A DNA stretch of 64,000 nucleotides, taken from IMG/VR virus record IMGVR_UViG_3300042558_003926, positions 225,652 through 289,651 of that record. One strand, given 5' to 3'. Each line of letters begins with the position of its first letter. Position 1 is the first letter of the stretch. Below are positions 9,450 through 18,965 of this stretch, piece by piece. A program made the translations under genes and the position numbers. A model generated the notes under the pieces. The model was not told where the DNA came from, ran no database searches, and saw only the letters and a list, made by a program, of their open reading frames with translations.

Positions 9450-10505
9450 CTATATCATACCCTTAAATCCTTGGTAAGCCTTTAACGCTTCCAGCTTCCT
9501 TCCCTCCTCTGGACTCACCCACTCGAACTCTGGTCTGTACAGCAGAGCCTGATCCTCTATAGGGATCTCATTCCAGAGTGATTCCATAGCCTGGATGTAA
9601 CTCTTCCCTTTCTCCATGGGGTATAATATTCTCCTGAGTGTCTCTTCAGAAACCGGATTGCTCTCGGAATAGAAAATCCCATTAATCTCCCGTGGTGCCC
9701 CATCCAGTGAGGTGAGCTGGTTGTTTTCGCAGAAGAAACCCCCTCTGACCCGCTGTGGTGCTCCCTCCAGTGAGGTGAGCTGGTTGTTCCTGCAAATGAA
9801 ATCCTCTCCAACCTCCTGTGGTGCTCCCTCTAGTGTGGTGAGCTGATTGTGGTCACAACTGAACCAAAATCCAACCTTCTGTGGTGCTCCCACCAGTGAG
9901 GTGAGCTGGTTGTTGCTACAATTGAAAGCCTGTCCAACACTCTGCGGTGCTCCCTCCAGAGAGGTGAGCTGGTTGTTGGTACACTTGAAACTCCCTCTGA
10001 CCCGCTGTGGTGCTCCCACCAGTGATGTGAGCCGGTTGTTCTCACAATAGAAATACCCAGCAATCTCCTGTGGTGCTCCCACCAGTGATGTGAGCCGGTT
10101 GTTCTGGCAATAGAAATACCCACCAACATCCTGTGGTGCTCCCTCCAGTGAGGTGAGCTGGTTGTTGCTACAATTGAAATCCTGCCCAACACTCTGTGGT
10201 GCTCCCACCAGTGAGGTGAGCTGGTTGTCGTGGCAATAGAAATCCCCTCCAACATCCTGTGGTGCTCCCTCCAGTGAGGTGAGCTGATTGTTCCGGCAAA
10301 TGAAATCCTCACTGACCACTCCAAACCTAACGTCTTTAAAATCTGTCAGATCCTGTTCAGAGCAATCGAAATCCCCATCCACATCAACCAGTCCGGTTTG
10401 TGGATTAATAGTCCATTCATCAGTGCACTTGTCCAACCACTCGATCTGCTCTGGTGTAAGCTCTACCGCACTCTCAAACATCTTATATGTCTTTAGATTC
10501 TTCAT
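9450..10505 (-). CDS. CTS-leader variable LRR protein (10 full repeats)
   Basis: 21-aa/63-nt periodicity; same caps. Confidence 0.9.
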   Translation of the reverse strand: MKNLKTYKMFESAVELTPEQIEWLDKCTDEWTINPQTGLVDVDGDFDCSEQDLTDFKDVRFGVVSEDFICRNNQLTSLEGAPQDVGGDFYCHDNQLTSLVGAPQSVGQDFNCSNNQLTSLEGAPQDVGGYFYCQNNRLTSLVGAPQEIAGYFYCENNRLTSLVGAPQRVRGSFKCTNNQLTSLEGAPQSVGQAFNCSNNQLTSLVGAPQKVGFWFSCDHNQLTTLEGAPQEVGEDFICRNNQLTSLEGAPQRVRGGFFCENNQLTSLDGAPREINGIFYSESNPVSEETLRRILYPMEKGKSYIQAMESLWNEIPIEDQALLYRPEFEWVSPEEGRKLEALKAYQGFKGMI

Positions 10506-10506
10506 T

Positions 10507-11193
10507 TTATATCATACCTTTAAATCCTTGGTAAGCTCTTAACGCTTCCAGCTTCCTTCTCTCCTCTGGACTCACCCACTCGAACTCTGGTCTGTACAAC
10601 AGAGTCTGATCTTCTAACGGAATCTTGCTCCAGAGTGATTCCACAGCCTGCATGTGACTCTCCCCTTTCTTCATGAGGGAGAATATTCTCTTGAGTGTTT
10701 CATTAGAAACTGGGTTGCCGTAGCAATAGAAAATCAATCTCACCCGCTGTGGTGCTCCCACTAGAGAAGTGAGCTGGTTGTTGTCACATCTAAAATCCCC
10801 TTCAACCTCCCGTGGTGCACCCTCCAGTGAGGTGAGCTGATTGTTGTTACAATAGAAATCCCATCCAACCTTCTGTGGTGCTCCCTCCAGTGTGGTGAGC
10901 TGGTTGTCACTACAACTGAAACCCCCACCAACCCGCTGTGGTGCTCCCTCCAGTGTGGTGAGCTGGTTGCCGTAGCAATAGAAATACCCACTGACCACTC
11001 CAAACCTAACGTCTTTAAAATCTGGCAGATCCATACGAGAGCAGCCAAAATCCCCATCCACATCAACCAGTCCGGTTTGTGGATTGAGTGTCCAGGTACC
11101 ATCAATGCACTCGTCAAGCCACTCGATCTGCTCTGGTGTAAGTTCTCCTACACTCTCAAACAGTTGGCGATATGTCTTTAGATTCTTCATCAT
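10507..11193 (-). CDS. CTS-leader variable LRR protein (4 full repeats)
   Basis: Paralog; start may be the second ATG at 11190. Confidence 0.9.
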   Translation of the reverse strand: MMKNLKTYRQLFESVGELTPEQIEWLDECIDGTWTLNPQTGLVDVDGDFGCSRMDLPDFKDVRFGVVSGYFYCYGNQLTTLEGAPQRVGGGFSCSDNQLTTLEGAPQKVGWDFYCNNNQLTSLEGAPREVEGDFRCDNNQLTSLVGAPQRVRLIFYCYGNPVSNETLKRIFSLMKKGESHMQAVESLWSKIPLEDQTLLYRPEFEWVSPEERRKLEALRAYQGFKGMI

Positions 11194-11197
11194 AATA

Positions 11198-12010
11198 CTA
11201 TATCATACCTTTAAATCCTTGGTAAGCTCTTAACGCTTCCAGTTTTCTTACCTCCTCTGGACTCACCCACTCGAACTCTGGTCTGTACAACAGAGCCTGA
11301 TCCTCTACTGGAATCTCGTTCCAGAGTGTCTCCACAGCCTGAATGTAACTCTCCCCTTTCTTCATGAGGGAGAATATGCTCTTAAGAGTCTCCACAGAAA
11401 CTGGGTTGTTCTCACAATAGAAATAATCCCGTCCGATCTCCAGTGTTGCTCCCTCCAATGAGGTGAGCTGGTTGTCCCCACAATAGAAATACCCATCCAC
11501 CTTCTGTGGTGCTCCCTCCAGTGTGGTGAGCTGATTGTTCTCACAATTGAACCTCCCTCCAACCCGCTGTGGTGCTCCCTTCAGTGAGGTGATCTGGTTG
11601 CCGTTACACTCGAAATACCCTCCAACCTTCTGTGGTGCTCCCTCCAGTGTGGTGAGCTGATTGTTGTTACAAAAGAAACCACTTCTGACCCGCTGTGGTG
11701 CTCCCACCAGTGAGGTGAGCTGGTTGTTGCTACAACTGAAATGCTCTCCAACCTCCTGTGGCGATCCCTCCAATGAGGTGAGCTGGTTGTTCCTACAATT
11801 GAAACTCCCACTCACCACTCCAAACTTAACGCCTTTAAAATCTGTCAGGTCCTGTCTAAAGCAATCGAAGTCTCCTTTCACATCAACCAGTCCTGTTCGT
11901 GGATTGATCTTCCAGGTACCATCAGTGAACTTGTCCAGCCACTCGATCTGCTCTGGTGTGAGCTCTTGTGTGTTCTCAAACATTTGGCGATATGTCTTTA
12001 GATTCTTCAT
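11198..12010 (-). CDS. CTS-leader variable LRR protein (6 full repeats)
   Basis: Paralog; TAA-ATG junction with upstream gene. Confidence 0.9.
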   Translation of the reverse strand: MKNLKTYRQMFENTQELTPEQIEWLDKFTDGTWKINPRTGLVDVKGDFDCFRQDLTDFKGVKFGVVSGSFNCRNNQLTSLEGSPQEVGEHFSCSNNQLTSLVGAPQRVRSGFFCNNNQLTTLEGAPQKVGGYFECNGNQITSLKGAPQRVGGRFNCENNQLTTLEGAPQKVDGYFYCGDNQLTSLEGATLEIGRDYFYCENNPVSVETLKSIFSLMKKGESYIQAVETLWNEIPVEDQALLYRPEFEWVSPEEVRKLEALRAYQGFKGMI

Positions 12011-12757
12011 TTATATCATACCTTTAAATCCTTGGTAAGCCTGGAGAGCTTCCAGCTTTCTTCTCTCCTCTGGACTCACCCACTCGAACTCTGGTCTGTA
12101 CAGCAGAGCCTGATCCCCTAATGGAATCTCACCCCAGAGAGACTCCACAGCCTGAAGATAGCTCTCACCCTTCGTCATGGTGGAGAAGATGCTCTTGAGT
12201 GTCCCTTTGGAAACTGGGTTGCCCTCACAATTGAAATGCCGTCCGATCTCCCGTGGTGCTCCCTCCAGTGAGGTGAGCTGGTTGTTACTACAATAGAAAT
12301 ACCTCCCAACCTTCTGTGGTGCTCCCTCCAGTGTGGTGAGCTGATTTCCCTCACAAATGAAATCACCCTCAACCTTCTGTGGTGCCCCCACCAGTGAGGT
12401 GAGCTGGTTGTTGTCACACCTGAAACGCTCTCCTACCTCCTGTGGTGCCCCCACCAGTGAGGTGAGCTGGTTGTTGTTACAATAGAAACCCTCACCAACC
12501 TTCTGTGGTGCTCCCTCCAGTGAGGTGAGCTGGTTGTAGTCACAACCGAAATCCTTACTCACCACTCCAAACCTAATCCCTTTGAAATCCGTCAGATCAT
12601 GTTCAGAGCAATCGAAGTCTCCTTTCACATCAACCAGTCCTGTTCGTGGATTGATCTTCCAGGTACCATCAATGCACTCGTCAAGCCACTCGATCTGCTC
12701 TGGTGTGAGCTCTCCCACACTCTCAAACAGTTGGCTATATGTCTTTAGATTCTTCAT
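12011..12757 (-). CDS. CTS-leader variable LRR protein (5 full repeats)
   Basis: Paralog; TAA-ATG junction. Confidence 0.9.
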   Translation of the reverse strand: MKNLKTYSQLFESVGELTPEQIEWLDECIDGTWKINPRTGLVDVKGDFDCSEHDLTDFKGIRFGVVSKDFGCDYNQLTSLEGAPQKVGEGFYCNNNQLTSLVGAPQEVGERFRCDNNQLTSLVGAPQKVEGDFICEGNQLTTLEGAPQKVGRYFYCSNNQLTSLEGAPREIGRHFNCEGNPVSKGTLKSIFSTMTKGESYLQAVESLWGEIPLGDQALLYRPEFEWVSPEERRKLEALQAYQGFKGMI

Positions 12758-13630
12758 TTATATCATGCCTTTAAATCCAGCGTAAGCCTTAATGACATCC
12801 AGCTTCTTACCAAACTCTGGACTCACCCACTCGAACTCTGGTCTGTATAACAGAGCCTGATCATCTAATGGAATCTCGTTCCAGAGTGTCTCCACAGCCT
12901 GCAGGTAGCTATTCCCTTCCTTCGTGAGGGAGAATATGCTCTTGAGTGTCTCTTCAGAAACGGGGTTTTTCTCACAATAGAAACCCCCTCCAACCTTTTG
13001 TGGTGCTCCCTCCAGAGAGGTAAGTTGGTTTCTATCGCAATTGAAACTTCCACCGACCTCCTGTGGTGCTCCCTCCAGTGAGGTGAGGTTGTTGCCCTCA
13101 CAAAGGAAACGCTCTCCTACCTCCTGTGGTGCCCCCTCCAGCGAGGTGAGCTGGTTGTTGTTACAACTGAAACCTCTTCCGACCCGCTGTGGTGCTCCCT
13201 CCAGTGAGGTGAGCTGGTTGTCGCTGCAATAGAAATCATGTCCAACCCGCTGAGGTGCTCCCTCTAGGGAGATGAGCTGGTTGTCCTCACAATTGAAATT
13301 CGCTCCGACTTCCTGAGGTGCTCCCACCAGCGAGGTGAGCTGGTTGTACCTACAATAGAAATCCTCTCCAACCTTCTGTGGTGCTCCCTCTAGGGAGATG
13401 AGCTGGTTGTTGCTGCAATAGAAATACCCACTGACCACTCCAAACCTAATCCCTTTGAAATCTGTCAGGTCCTGTTCAGAGCAATTGAAATCCCCATCCA
13501 CATCAACAAGTCCGGTTTGTGGATTGATCTTCCAGGTACCATCAGTGCACTTGTCCAACCACTCGATCTGCTCTGGTGTAAGCTCTCCCACACTCTCAAA
13601 CAGTTGGCGATACGTCTTCAGATTTTTCAT
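12758..13630 (-). CDS. CTS-leader variable LRR protein (7 full repeats), first gene of the array
   Basis: GATATATAG at 13635-13643 immediately upstream. Confidence 0.9.
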   Translation of the reverse strand: MKNLKTYRQLFESVGELTPEQIEWLDKCTDGTWKINPQTGLVDVDGDFNCSEQDLTDFKGIRFGVVSGYFYCSNNQLISLEGAPQKVGEDFYCRYNQLTSLVGAPQEVGANFNCEDNQLISLEGAPQRVGHDFYCSDNQLTSLEGAPQRVGRGFSCNNNQLTSLEGAPQEVGERFLCEGNNLTSLEGAPQEVGGSFNCDRNQLTSLEGAPQKVGGGFYCEKNPVSEETLKSIFSLTKEGNSYLQAVETLWNEIPLDDQALLYRPEFEWVSPEFGKKLDVIKAYAGFKGMI

Positions 13631-13660
13631 CCCACTATATATCTCTCAATATAAGGCATC

Positions 13661-13725
13661 ATCCCGGTCTAAAAAAAAATGTGTTGGGGGCTTTTGGGAC
13701 CAAATCCCCAGGAGGGGCCCGCCCA
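13661..13725. repeat. GC-rich element upstream of left LRR array, inverted-homologous to 47377-47456
   Basis: ATCCCGGTCTAAAA and CCAGGAGGGGCCCGCC approximate reverse complements of TTTTAGACCCGGGGGATG and GGCCGGCCCTCCTGG. Confidence 0.55.
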
Positions 13726-13838
13726 CCAAATAGATGTAGTATATGTTCCGTCTCCTATAGATAGAGGTAGTGATAGATAGAGTACAGTCACACACACTAA
13801 AGAGCATGAGCACACAATCGCATATAGACAAGGTAAAC

Positions 13839-14192
13839 ATGAAACCTAATCTACTACCTTATCCACACCATGTAGCAGCACCTAAGATAGAGACAGTAGA
13901 TCTATCAGCGTTCAATACACTACAGGCACACAAGGTGAGCAAGTCACTACAGAAGAGAGCAGAGGAGATAGCTAGTGCTGTGAAATCCCTACAAGAAGAC
14001 TATGCACTCAACCTACAGCTATACTCTGCAACCAGATCATTCGAGCCTGTACTAGGAGAGGTGTATCATCTATATGAGAAGGCAGATGGCACCCAGTTCC
14101 TAAGTCTCATATCTCCCAGAGAATGGAAGCAGAAGTACCTGTATTCTGGTGTGCTAAACTCCGATGGTACCTGGACCCGAGTAGATCTGTAG
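13839..14192 (+). CDS. DUF2452-like protein
   Basis: LLPYPHHVAAPKI...FEPVLGEVYHLY...FLSLISP.EW pattern recalled for this Bacteroidota-enriched family; start moved to MKPNLL. Confidence 0.65.
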   Translation: MKPNLLPYPHHVAAPKIETVDLSAFNTLQAHKVSKSLQKRAEEIASAVKSLQEDYALNLQLYSATRSFEPVLGEVYHLYEKADGTQFLSLISPREWKQKYLYSGVLNSDGTWTRVDL

Positions 14193-14199
14193 GAGATCC

Positions 14200-14745
14200 C
14201 AGAACTGATCCCAAACTAACCCCCAACAACATAGTATGTTAGTAAGATAGTATGCACAGCCATGTTCATCTGAGTGGGAAGCACGTGGAGGCACTCATAT
14301 AGGTACTCGTATGCGAAAACTTGGCCCTCCCGGCAGCCCCTCTCCAGGGCCGAGCAACCACCCAGGGTGCGAACAAGGGTGTTCTCGGATAGCCCCGTTA
14401 GCCCGGGTTAACCACCCCCGCTTAGCCCGGGTTAACCCAGCCTCCCACTAACCCGGGGTAATTCCTGGTAAGCAATGGTAAAAACTGGAATTTTAGCCCG
14501 GGTTAACTAGGTTAACTCGGCCCGCCCCGAATCCCTAGGATTTCTCGCCCCGATTCCAGCCTCAGACACCGCGGTTATCTCTTAGGTATCTCGCCTCGCC
14601 TCACTCTACCTCTCTCTATAGGATCAGGAGACGGAATCTACTCATGTCTACTCTATCTATAGGGAGAAGGATAAGGATAATACATAACTATTTGGGGCGG
14701 GTTTCCCACGGTGTTACCCCTCAGAAAACCCCCCGAAGAATTTGG
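14200..14745. repeat. GC-rich non-coding block with TTAGCCCGGGTTAAC repeats
   Basis: Copies at 14398, 14422 and 14493; inverted repeats to 13746-13766. Confidence 0.65.
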
Positions 14746-14759
14746 ATATATAGATCACT

Positions 14760-15554
14760 ATGAAACATGTTAAAATATTTGAAGAGTATATCCCAGGAGG
14801 CAGAGCCTCTGGCAAGAGCCTAAAGGATCTCGCCAAGATCCACGGTGTAGGAATCAAGAGCCTGGAGAAGCAGCTGAAGGTTGGCGTAGCCGTTGAGATG
14901 GAACACACCAACAGTGAGGCCAAGGCCGAGGAGATAGCTATGGATCACCTAGCAGAAAACCCACGGTATTACACTCGGCTTATCCGGAAGGGATTCGTGG
15001 ATGAACCAAAGGCTCTGAAGATCTATAAGGAACTCTATGAGGGAGACTGGTTTGATAATCTAAGTTACCACCCGGCAAACCAACCAGATGGACCTGATCC
15101 AACAAGGGAGATCGAATACACCCCGGCCCAACAGAAGTTTACCACTATGTCATTCCTAGGTGATAGCAGCATTGGCTTTACTCTGCTGCATGGCAAGGAC
15201 TCCGTGGGAGGTGGAGCTTGGGTGCTTAACATCGATGAGGTTCCGGATGACTATCAGCTGATCACTGTCTATGGAGATGATGAAGAGAATGAGACGGAGA
15301 TTGATGAGGACACTTGCATCAACTACGCTACTGATCTCTGGGATGCTAGAGATAGAGATGTTGAGAATGTAGGAGAAGGCATGGAAGGCTGGGAAGATGG
15401 TAAGTTGCTATGTAAGCTAGATGCTGAACTGGCAGAGGATTTGATTGGCACTATGGAGTTCGTGATGAGAAGAGGTAATTACGGTCCTGGTTCTAATATC
15501 AAGAAAAAAGTCTCTGGTGCTGTCTATGAGCTAAGCAAACTATTTGAGCTGTGA
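14760..15554 (+). CDS. CTS-leader protein with DUF5661-like domain
   Basis: MKHVKIFEEY; GVAVEMEHT...EIAMDHLAENPRYY; GATATATAG at 14745. Confidence 0.75.
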   Translation: MKHVKIFEEYIPGGRASGKSLKDLAKIHGVGIKSLEKQLKVGVAVEMEHTNSEAKAEEIAMDHLAENPRYYTRLIRKGFVDEPKALKIYKELYEGDWFDNLSYHPANQPDGPDPTREIEYTPAQQKFTTMSFLGDSSIGFTLLHGKDSVGGGAWVLNIDEVPDDYQLITVYGDDEENETEIDEDTCINYATDLWDARDRDVENVGEGMEGWEDGKLLCKLDAELAEDLIGTMEFVMRRGNYGPGSNIKKKVSGAVYELSKLFEL

Positions 15555-15644
15555 AAGATAGTATCTTCGTAACATACTCTGTGGTCGGGCGCAAAACCTG
15601 GCCATTATTTTTTTACCCCGAGTCTAAACGTTATATTTGAAAGT

Positions 15645-15740
15645 ATGAAGAATCCAAAAGATAAAAGCGATCTAGTGATAGCACTGATAATAGCTGGATG
15701 GTTCTTGGCAATAGGTGTTGTAGCTTATCTCTTTACTTAA
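15645..15740 (+). CDS. 31-aa membrane peptide
   Basis: MKNPKDKSDLVIALIIAGWFLAIGVVAYLFT directly behind an early promoter. Confidence 0.6.
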   Translation: MKNPKDKSDLVIALIIAGWFLAIGVVAYLFT

Positions 15741-15950
15741 GAGCCATCCCGGCTCTTGCCAATAGATCATGCTATCCCAAAGAATTATAAGACTGGGGCT
15801 AAAGGTTAGACCCCTTACCACACCTCACCCACGGTGTTACCCTCTTCAACCGCTAAACACAACACCGAACTTCATAAATAGAATTCCGATATATAAAGCA
15901 TGGGAATCAAAAGATTTAAGTGCTGCAAAGAGAGCAACAGATTTGCCTTT

Positions 15951-16115
15951 ATGAAACAAGGTAAATTTCTAGTCTTTAGTTTTTTAATCATATGGCTCGG
16001 TCTCTCACTACATTTAAACGAGATTAATCCTATTGAATGGCCGAACATCTATAAGCCATTCCTCTTTCTTTTTATCTGCCCGATGTTCGCGTATCTCTCT
16101 CAAGAAAAAGTTTAG
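15951..16115 (+). CDS. small membrane protein
   Basis: MKQGKFLVFSFLIIWLGL..., two hydrophobic stretches. Confidence 0.55.
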   Translation: MKQGKFLVFSFLIIWLGLSLHLNEINPIEWPNIYKPFLFLFICPMFAYLSQEKV

Positions 16116-16175
16116 TAATTATTTTTTTTCCTGGAACCGAATGGTTATCTTTGATTTAACCAAAAAAAGAACACC

Positions 16176-16571
16176 ATGAAAATTACCTTTGAAAAGAAAG
16201 AAGCAGAAGAGATCTTCTACAGCGCATTATGCAACGGCTTAGGCTACATTGGAGGCTACGGTCTAGTCCTCGACTTCGAAGACAAGGCATACGAAAAAGC
16301 AAAGAAAACACTTAAGAAGGCCACGCCTAACGAAACTATCTGTTATGAGGACGTGCTCATGCAGATCCTCAGAGAAGGAGGAGAGCTGGTTCTGATCGAC
16401 GAGGAATGCGACGGTGAATACACCAGCCGAATCAAAATGGAAGACGTCTATGAAAGACTTCCTCTTACACCCACACGATTCTTAATGGACATGATCAACG
16501 AACAGGACGACGCTGAGACAGCAGACTGTATTATCCAGACCGTGTTCTTTAAAGATATAGTGTTTGGTTAA
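16176..16571 (+). CDS. hypothetical early protein
   Basis: Early promoter; acidic 131 aa. Confidence 0.8.
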   Translation: MKITFEKKEAEEIFYSALCNGLGYIGGYGLVLDFEDKAYEKAKKTLKKATPNETICYEDVLMQILREGGELVLIDEECDGEYTSRIKMEDVYERLPLTPTRFLMDMINEQDDAETADCIIQTVFFKDIVFG

Positions 16572-16603
16572 TCCAATATATAATTTACACCAAATCAAAT
16601 TAT

Positions 16604-16765
16604 ATGAAGACCACTAAAGATAAAACAAAGGGTAAATGGACTCAGGAATCTTTTCAAGGTAAGAGTCAAAGAAACTACGAAACTTCCGCGACCATTATTC
16701 TTTGGTGCTCAATCCTTACAGCAGTAATTTCTATCTCCGCAATTTTTTTCAAAATTTTTTTCTAA
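16604..16765 (+). CDS. 53-aa membrane protein
   Basis: Read manually; basic N-terminus, C-terminal TM helix; AATATATAA upstream. Confidence 0.55.
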   Translation: MKTTKDKTKGKWTQESFQGKSQRNYETSATIILWCSILTAVISISAIFFKIFF

Positions 16766-16864
16766 AGGGGTTTACTTTTTCCATTTTTTTCCTTATAATT
16801 AGATAAAGAAAAAATTTTTTTCCTGGAACTGAATACTTAATTTAGAATTATCAAAACAAACAAA

Positions 16865-17512
16865 ATGAAAACAATTTGCATTTACGAATTTTCTGAATTG
16901 AATCCGGAGGCTAAAGAATTAGCAATCGAATCGGTTAGAGAAGAGATGGAATCGAACGAATGGCACGAGGCTTACAACTGGGCCGTTGATGACTGTGCTC
17001 TCTTCGAACCCAAGCATGAGGAAATGGTTAAGACCTGTGGGGACAACTACTATGAGGAGAACAGAACTTCCGACGGTAAGTATGGGCAGTTCGTTTTCAA
17101 GAACCGCAGGAAGATCAAGAGCTTCGATCCGGATCCGGGAGCAACCATTATCTTAGGAGAAGCCTTAGAGATAACCAACGATCGTATGTTCAAACTCTGG
17201 TTAGGAATCCCGGAGATATTCCACGAGAGTGTTGAATATCGCATAGGGGCTTCTATCCCTGAGGACTTCATCAGATGGTCTAAGTCCACCACCATAGAAT
17301 TTGAACACAATGAATTGAATGGGGAGATCATGGGAGACGTGTTGATAGGTATCTTGGAATTGGCCAAGGAAAAGTTCGACTCACACATTTCTGATATCCA
17401 TGACAGAATCCTTACCGGGATAGATGCTTACTTCGATGACGAGAACGTAGAATACAGAATAGAAGAAAGAGAATACGAGTTTCTAGAAGACGGATCTATC
17501 TGGAATAGCTAA
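16865..17512 (+). CDS. hypothetical early protein
   Basis: Early promoter; IYEFSELNPEAKELAIE start; acidic. Confidence 0.8.
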   Translation: MKTICIYEFSELNPEAKELAIESVREEMESNEWHEAYNWAVDDCALFEPKHEEMVKTCGDNYYEENRTSDGKYGQFVFKNRRKIKSFDPDPGATIILGEALEITNDRMFKLWLGIPEIFHESVEYRIGASIPEDFIRWSKSTTIEFEHNELNGEIMGDVLIGILELAKEKFDSHISDIHDRILTGIDAYFDDENVEYRIEEREYEFLEDGSIWNS

Positions 17513-17543
17513 TTAACAAGTAAACAATTAAAATCCAAATATC

Positions 17544-17708
17544 ATGAACAAAGCAAAGAAAAACACAAGCACTCGCTCTTTAGAGCAATTAGTAGCAGAC
17601 TTCCAAGCATCTGCAGGATCATTCCTAACATTTCACGGAACGCTAAACGGAAAAGAGCGAAGCTTATTTAAAGGTTGGTTAGCAGATATGCGTCAACCCG
17701 CGGTGTAA
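17544..17708 (+). CDS. 54-aa hypothetical protein
   Basis: Read manually (MNKAKKNTSTRSLEQLV...); A-rich leader. Confidence 0.55.
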   Translation: MNKAKKNTSTRSLEQLVADFQASAGSFLTFHGTLNGKERSLFKGWLADMRQPAV

Positions 17709-17753
17709 CCCAAGACCGTCCGATACGAAATCTTTTTCCACTAGAAATCTATA

Positions 17754-18002
17754 ATGATAGATACAGAAAAGAAAGATATGGCAGCTATTAGATTTGTATG
17801 CACCACAGATAACAAGGCCAAGCACTACGATATCAAGAATCGTGCTTATCTGGCCGGCGGTGCTATCCTCAGAGAGAAAATCAGAAAAGATACCAGTTCA
17901 GAATTCGAGGGTGAGATGGAGATCGTATCGGAAGGCGGAACACTATACCGAGAGGTTAAGGAATTAGGTCTAAGTAAGACTGAAATGATAATTACACAAT
18001 AG
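17754..18002 (+). CDS. hypothetical protein
   Basis: ORF in co-directional run. Confidence 0.7.
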   Translation: MIDTEKKDMAAIRFVCTTDNKAKHYDIKNRAYLAGGAILREKIRKDTSSEFEGEMEIVSEGGTLYREVKELGLSKTEMIITQ

Positions 18003-18014
18003 GAAAGGGAAATT

Positions 18015-18380
18015 ATGTTTGATGATGAAAGAAGCGATGATCACCCGTATTTCGGAGATGATATCCACAAGAAGATCAAGACAACCCAACAGAGAATGAG
18101 AGAAGCAGCGGTGAGAGAGTTTGTTGATGGTTGTTACGCGGCATACAGTGTGCTACACGTTAGAGGGGTAGAGGCCCTCGAGGATGGAGATCCAGACGCG
18201 ATCAAAATGGCTATCAATCGCATGATGGCTCTTTTCCTACACAGGGAAGAATATGAGAGATGCTCATTTGTTAAATGGTTTGTTGAGAAACATATTCCTG
18301 ACTTTGTGATAGAACCAGATTGGAAAGTGATTGAAGATATGGAAGAAGTAAAAAGTTTATCCAATGGCACTAAGAGTTAA
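18015..18380 (+). CDS. hypothetical protein with UVR-like motif
   Basis: FLHREEYERCSFVK resembles a UvrB/C-type helix pair. Confidence 0.65.
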   Translation: MFDDERSDDHPYFGDDIHKKIKTTQQRMREAAVREFVDGCYAAYSVLHVRGVEALEDGDPDAIKMAINRMMALFLHREEYERCSFVKWFVEKHIPDFVIEPDWKVIEDMEEVKSLSNGTKS

Positions 18381-18570
18381 TAAACCGACCGGAAGGGGTA
18401 ACACTCCAAGGTCTAGTCAAACCCTTCCTTGTAAACTTTGTGGAGAGAAGGTACGTAACGTAGATAGTAAAGCGGACGCGGTAACGTGCTTCCGCTGTGT
18501 TAGTAAGATGTGCGGTGGTGGTGGAATGATAGAACCTGAAAAACCAAAGATTAAAAAATCAGATAAATAG
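18364..18570 (+). CDS. zinc-ribbon protein
   Basis: CKLC...CFRC. Confidence 0.65.
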   Translation: MALRVNKPTGRGNTPRSSQTLPCKLCGEKVRNVDSKADAVTCFRCVSKMCGGGGMIEPEKPKIKKSDK

Positions 18571-18573
18571 TAT

Positions 18574-18762
18574 ATGGATCCTAGAACAGAAGAGCTACTT
18601 CAAGATTACCGAAAGATGGTGGAGAAGACCGCAAAAAGTCTATACCTCCAAACAATAGCAGTCCGAAGAGAGTTAGAGAACAGCAAAATTAATCCAGAGG
18701 ATAAACACGAAATATTGCTACATTGTGTGGGATTACTAATCTCCAAAGAAAATAAAAAATGA
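18574..18762 (+). CDS. hypothetical protein
   Basis: Coupled ORF. Confidence 0.65.
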   Translation: MDPRTEELLQDYRKMVEKTAKSLYLQTIAVRRELENSKINPEDKHEILLHCVGLLISKENKK

Positions 18763-18965
18763 GAATGAAACCATCAGACAGAGAACTTGAACAGGACGTC
18801 ATCTTTCAAGAAATCAAAAAAGACCACGAGAAACACGGAGACATTAACCTTCCAAGGGTTAAGGGAGAACTTGAAAAGAAATCCGTTCATTTGGTTAACT
18901 CAGTGTTAGAGTCAAGGAGAGATGCTTATCTAGCCTACGTTAAGAAGTCTAGTTCTAGAGTTTAG
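18759..18965 (+). CDS. hypothetical protein
   Basis: ATGA overlap with previous gene. Confidence 0.65.
   Translation: MRMKPSDRELEQDVIFQEIKKDHEKHGDINLPRVKGELEKKSVHLVNSVLESRRDAYLAYVKKSSSRV

Noticed and set aside
8940-13440. CRISPR-like array (about 34-nt constant plus about 29-nt variable)
   Set aside because: The period is exactly 63 nt in frame, the variable parts keep the VG..F.C pattern, the array lies inside ORFs, and no cas genes were recognised.
8773-13630. Diversity-generating retroelement target
   Set aside because: No reverse transcriptase or template repeat was recognised in the window, and many adenines in the scaffold stay invariant at synonymous sites. A distant DGR cannot be fully excluded.
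8985-13733. Alternative-frame and antisense ORFs (TTSSPHWREHH repeats, CGAPSSEVSW repeats), also 47564-48531
   Set aside because: Shadows of the stop-free LRR scaffold, with no promoters or plausible starts.
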